From: Nitrosopumilus sp.
GTDB lineage: Archaea; Thermoproteota; Nitrososphaeria; Nitrososphaerales; Nitrosopumilaceae
DNA length: 64,000 nt
Assembly (NCBI GenBank): GCA_965223425.1
Contig: OZ245003.1
Coordinates: 512,001 to 576,000 of the forward strand
Direction of reading: 5' to 3'
Made by a program: the position numbers and the translations under genes. Positions 60,529 through 64,000 of this stretch are shown here, in pieces. The number at the start of each line of letters is the position of its first letter. Within the stretch, counting starts at the first letter, position 1. The notes beneath the pieces are model-generated. The model made no database searches, had not been told where the DNA came from, and was given only the letters and a program-made list of their open reading frames with translations.

Positions 60529-61215
60529 ATGCAAAGGCTGACTAGACTGGAAAAAAAGGTTGTGGATTTTCTAGGAGACAAGTACAAGCATGTCACGACT
60601 CAATACAAGGAGGTCAATGACACAAAGCGACTCTCAAAGACAAAATCAGACATCATAGCCAAGATAAAAAATAACATAGAGGGATTCATGACCATGTCTG
60701 ATATAATCAAGGTCTCAAGTATCACGCCAGACAGGATTAGCCAACAGGGACATAATTCTGAGAACAAGAAATACATCAGGGAACTACACTCTTCTCTTTC
60801 AAGGGATCTGATAGAGGCAACAGTGGGTTTTAACTTGGTGGCACAGCCTGATACTTTGGAATATTTCAAAGAGGTTCAAAGAGACATTGCACGTGATATC
60901 TTCAGTCCTACATTTACCTATATGCTGATACGAGCAATCTTTGCGTTTCATCCGACAGGCATAATATCACAAAATCTTGGAGATCATATGACATATTCCA
61001 ATCCACGTGAGCTGGACTCTGAGCATTACAGGGAACATCACAAGCTATACTATCACGAGCTTGCAACAATACTGGTAGAATCAGGACTAGATGAGATTAA
61101 AAAAGACCTGCATCCGGACAAGGACAGGGCAATAATTAATCACCTAGATTTGACTGTAAACATGATACAAAAACTCAATTACAACGTTGAAAGAGTCAAA
61201 CCGGATTCATCTTAA
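60529..61215 (+). CDS. Hypothetical protein
   Basis: Long ORF inside the integrative element; no motif recognised. Confidence 0.7.
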   Translation: MQRLTRLEKKVVDFLGDKYKHVTTQYKEVNDTKRLSKTKSDIIAKIKNNIEGFMTMSDIIKVSSITPDRISQQGHNSENKKYIRELHSSLSRDLIEATVGFNLVAQPDTLEYFKEVQRDIARDIFSPTFTYMLIRAIFAFHPTGIISQNLGDHMTYSNPRELDSEHYREHHKLYYHELATILVESGLDEIKKDLHPDKDRAIINHLDLTVNMIQKLNYNVERVKPDSS

Positions 61216-61234
61216 CTGCAATCCATCTCGTGTT

Positions 61235-61450
61235 TTATTCCTCTGATGTTGTGATTGGTTCATTTTTATCAAGTTTTTCCTTGATTGTTTTCTAATTCTC
61301 AATATAATATCTAGTAGCGTCTTCTACAGAAATGATTACATCCTTTAGTGTTTCATAGGGATCCTGAATTAGTGTGATCTTTTGTTGTATGGATTTTTGT
61401 TCATCTTTTACGTCTTCCACAATATCCAAACTGTCTGTTACAAGATGTAA
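61235..61450 (-). pseudogene. Gene remnant with an in-frame TAG at 61292-61294
   Basis: LHLVTDSLDIVEDVKDEQK...YYIEN*KTIKEKLDK...EE*. Confidence 0.35.
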
Positions 61451-61536
61451 TCATGTTGCAAGAACTAGAATCAAAACCGTTACATTGCATGCATGTCTCT
61501 AATTTTAACACTTGTTGCAGTTATTTTAAAATTAAA

Positions 61537-62484
61537 TTAAAAAGTATCCAGTCCTTCAAAATCGATTTTTACTGAAAAGCATTCGTAATTCTTCTCTTTG
61601 AATTGATTAATGGAAGCTTCCAAATTTGATTCATCAGTTAAAGCAAAGATGCATCCTCCGCCCCCTGCACCTGTAATTTTTGCCCCAAAGGATGATTTTT
61701 GTCCTATTTGGATCATATTTCTTAATTTTTCATTTGAGATCCCTATGGTTTCCAAATATTCTTGATTTTGAATTATTTTTTTACCTAATTCCTTGGTGTT
61801 GTTACTTTCTAATAATTTCAAAACATCTTCGACTAGTTTTGATTCATTATCACATAGTTTTGCAAACTCCATTTCATTTTCTTCTTTGAATTTTTTTACT
61901 CCTGAAACTATTGATTCTGTGGAATGTTCTATGTTTGAATTTGCGACTATTAGATGAAAGTTAGGCTCAGATTCTATTTTTGCAAATCCATTTTTTTTAT
62001 CATATTCTATGATTCCCCCATATGTACAAACAGTGCAATCTGCACCCGAAGTATTTTGAAAAATTGTTTTTTCAGCTGCAATTGCCAGTTCGAGAATCTC
62101 CTCTTTTGTTGGTTCTGTAAATAATCTGGAAATTGCCGCTGCACCTGCAACGCAACACGCAGACGATGAGCCTAAACCCACCCCTAACGGAATATCTGAT
62201 TCTACGATAATTTTAATTCCCATAATTTCATTTTGTGCTTGTAACATTTTATCTGCTAAATAATAAAATGGTTTTAATGGAGAACTTGTTTCTGAAATAG
62301 GTTTGTTTGGTTCCAAAACCAAATCTCCTATATTTGATTGAATGAAAATTTTTCTCTCATCAATTTCTTCGGCAGTAACTGTGACTCTTTTATTGATTGC
62401 GCAAAGAATAGCTTTTACTCCATATACTACGAAATGTTCTCCAAAAAGAATGACTTTTCCTGGTGCAGAGGCTTTGGATTTCAA
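61537..62484 (-). CDS. mvk: Mevalonate kinase
   Basis: APGKVILFGEH, PLGVGLGSSSA, KITGAGGGG. Confidence 0.95.
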   Translation of the reverse strand: MKSKASAPGKVILFGEHFVVYGVKAILCAINKRVTVTAEEIDERKIFIQSNIGDLVLEPNKPISETSSPLKPFYYLADKMLQAQNEIMGIKIIVESDIPLGVGLGSSSACCVAGAAAISRLFTEPTKEEILELAIAAEKTIFQNTSGADCTVCTYGGIIEYDKKNGFAKIESEPNFHLIVANSNIEHSTESIVSGVKKFKEENEMEFAKLCDNESKLVEDVLKLLESNNTKELGKKIIQNQEYLETIGISNEKLRNMIQIGQKSSFGAKITGAGGGGCIFALTDESNLEASINQFKEKNYECFSVKIDFEGLDTF

Positions 62485-62507
62485 GTGAATACTGTAATTT
62501 GATTGAA

Positions 62508-63131
62508 TTATTCGGTTTCCTCTTCTATGATCTTTGTTTCAAAATCATCGATTTCATACTTCATTGGATCATCTTCTTTTAGTTCGCCTCTTTCAATGAG
62601 AATTTGGCGTACCAATAACCAGTAAACTGTTGCAAGAGCTTTTCTCCCTCTGTTGTTTGCTGGAATAATCACATCCAGTTTCGATGTAATGTTATCTGTA
62701 TTTGCAATTCCTATTACGGGAATACCTGCATTAGTGGCTTCTGTAACTGCTTGTTTGTCAACTTGTGGATCTGAAATTAAGACTAATTTTGGTTCAATGT
62801 AGTATGGTAATGAAGGATTTGTCAAAGTTCCTGGCATGAATCTGCCAAGGAGCTTCTTAGAGTCTAGCATCTCACAGAATTTCTCAATTGGTGTTTCTGC
62901 ATATTGCCTGCCTGAACATACAATCAGTTTGTCTGTTCCTAATCTGTTGATGAATTTTGCAGCGGTTTGAATTTTCTCTAATGTAATATTTAGATCAAGC
63001 ATGTAAAGTCCTTCAGGACTGGCTTTTGTGATGAATGGTTTCATGAATTTGGTCTTTACTTGAGTTCCTACTCTGATTCCAGTGGATAGGACCTTCTTTT
63101 TGATGTCTGTTGCTTCAGTTTGTTGACTCAT
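62508..63131 (-). CDS. rpsB: 30S ribosomal protein S2
   Basis: GRFMPGTLTN, IPANNRG. Confidence 0.95.
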   Translation of the reverse strand: MSQQTEATDIKKKVLSTGIRVGTQVKTKFMKPFITKASPEGLYMLDLNITLEKIQTAAKFINRLGTDKLIVCSGRQYAETPIEKFCEMLDSKKLLGRFMPGTLTNPSLPYYIEPKLVLISDPQVDKQAVTEATNAGIPVIGIANTDNITSKLDVIIPANNRGRKALATVYWLLVRQILIERGELKEDDPMKYEIDDFETKIIEEETE

Positions 63132-63138
63132 AGCGATT

Positions 63139-63999
63139 TTAAATCTCTGCCATGCCGCATATTAAATCATGCTCTGATAGGCGTAATAATTCATTGAGTT
63201 TTGCAACTCTTTCTCCCCCCACTACGCCAACTTTGAGCATTTTTGATTTTGTTGCTAATCCTATGTGTGATATTTGTGCATCAATAGACTCGCCTGATCT
63301 ATGTGATGTGATTAATTTGACATCATTTTGATTTGCAACATTGGCAAATTCAAGAGCATCATAGAGGCTACCTGCTTGATTTACTTTTAAAATTGCCGCA
63401 TTGCATGATTTTGAATCAATCGCTTTTGTCAGAATATCTTTGTTTGTGACTGTCAAATCATCTCCCGCAATCATTGCATTTGGAAATTTCTTTGTTAATT
63501 CTGCCATATCTTCAAAAGCTTCCTCATGCACTGCATCTTCTGCATAAACTAACTTGTATTTTTCAATAATATTTGCAGCAAAATCAATTTGTTCTCCAGT
63601 AGAATTTTCAAATCCAGCCCTGTCGTAAATGTACTTTTGTTTTTCTTCATTCCATTGTATAGATGATGCAAAATCCACTCCAAGCGATACCTCTTTTCCC
63701 AACGTAAATCCCAAGTTTTCACAGGCCTTTGCAGAAACTTCTAGTGCCTTTTGATTCTCTAATTTTGGTGCCCATCCGCCTTCATCCCCTCTACCGTTAG
63801 TAAAATCAGGGTCTTCTTTTTCTAAAACATTGCGTAACTCTTTGTGTACTTTCAAATTAGTTTCAATCGAGTCTTCTATGGTTTTTGATCCTGTCGAACA
63901 AATCAAAATCTCTTGAATGTCCGGCGTTCCAGGTCCTGCATGTGCTCCACCGCCCAAAACATTGCCTAGTGGAAACGGAAATTTGAATGATGTTTCTGA
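63139..63999 (-). CDS. eno: Enolase, 5'-truncated by the window edge
   Basis: GDEGGW, GDDLTVTN, ILKVNQAG, SHRSGE, GGERVAKLNELLR. Confidence 0.93.
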   Translation of the reverse strand, partial: SETSFKFPFPLGNVLGGGAHAGPGTPDIQEILICSTGSKTIEDSIETNLKVHKELRNVLEKEDPDFTNGRGDEGGWAPKLENQKALEVSAKACENLGFTLGKEVSLGVDFASSIQWNEEKQKYIYDRAGFENSTGEQIDFAANIIEKYKLVYAEDAVHEEAFEDMAELTKKFPNAMIAGDDLTVTNKDILTKAIDSKSCNAAILKVNQAGSLYDALEFANVANQNDVKLITSHRSGESIDAQISHIGLATKSKMLKVGVVGGERVAKLNELLRLSEHDLICGMAEI

Positions 64000-64000
64000 T

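Larger units (their letters stand above)
58472..61546. mobile_element. Integrative element inserted in the 3' end of mvk
   Basis: 12-bp direct repeat AATTAAAAAGTA at 58472-58483 and 61535-61546 (contains the mvk stop); tyrosine integrase next to the left repeat. Confidence 0.82.

Noticed and set aside
47178-61294. Three in-frame TAG codons (47178, 48228, 61292) as amber recoding
   Set aside because: Core genes use TAG as a normal stop, the SnoaL-like gene also has frameshifts, and all three lie in decaying islands; ordinary nonsense mutations suffice.

Overview
AT-rich chromosomal segment of a Nitrosopumilaceae (Thaumarchaeota/Nitrososphaerota) archaeon. The backbone carries RFC large subunit, the acetyl/propionyl-CoA carboxylase genes of the 3HP/4HB cycle, an 11-subunit complex I (nuoABCDHIJKMLN), pyrE, ABCE1, a stand-alone 5S rRNA, pentose-phosphate genes, gltX, an isoprenoid operon, rpsB, enolase and three tRNAs (Glu with a T-loop intron, Ile2-CAU, His). 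Four accessory insertions interrupt it. (1) A decayed defence-type islet in tRNA-Ile2 with a 15-bp att repeat. (2) A 12.7-kb transposase-less composite element, bracketed by two nested MITE families with a 5-bp target duplication, carrying a GC-rich 3911-aa surface protein whose two 7x62-aa repeat blocks vary mainly at two loops. (3) An island at tRNA-His with a chain of unrelated genes joined by a recurring DNA junction motif (AGAAAATGAAAACTAGA), suggestive of an integron-like cassette array. (4) A 3-kb tyrosine-integrase element inserted in the 3' end of mevalonate kinase with a 12-bp att repeat. All calls come from reading the sequence and recognising motifs; no database searches were run.
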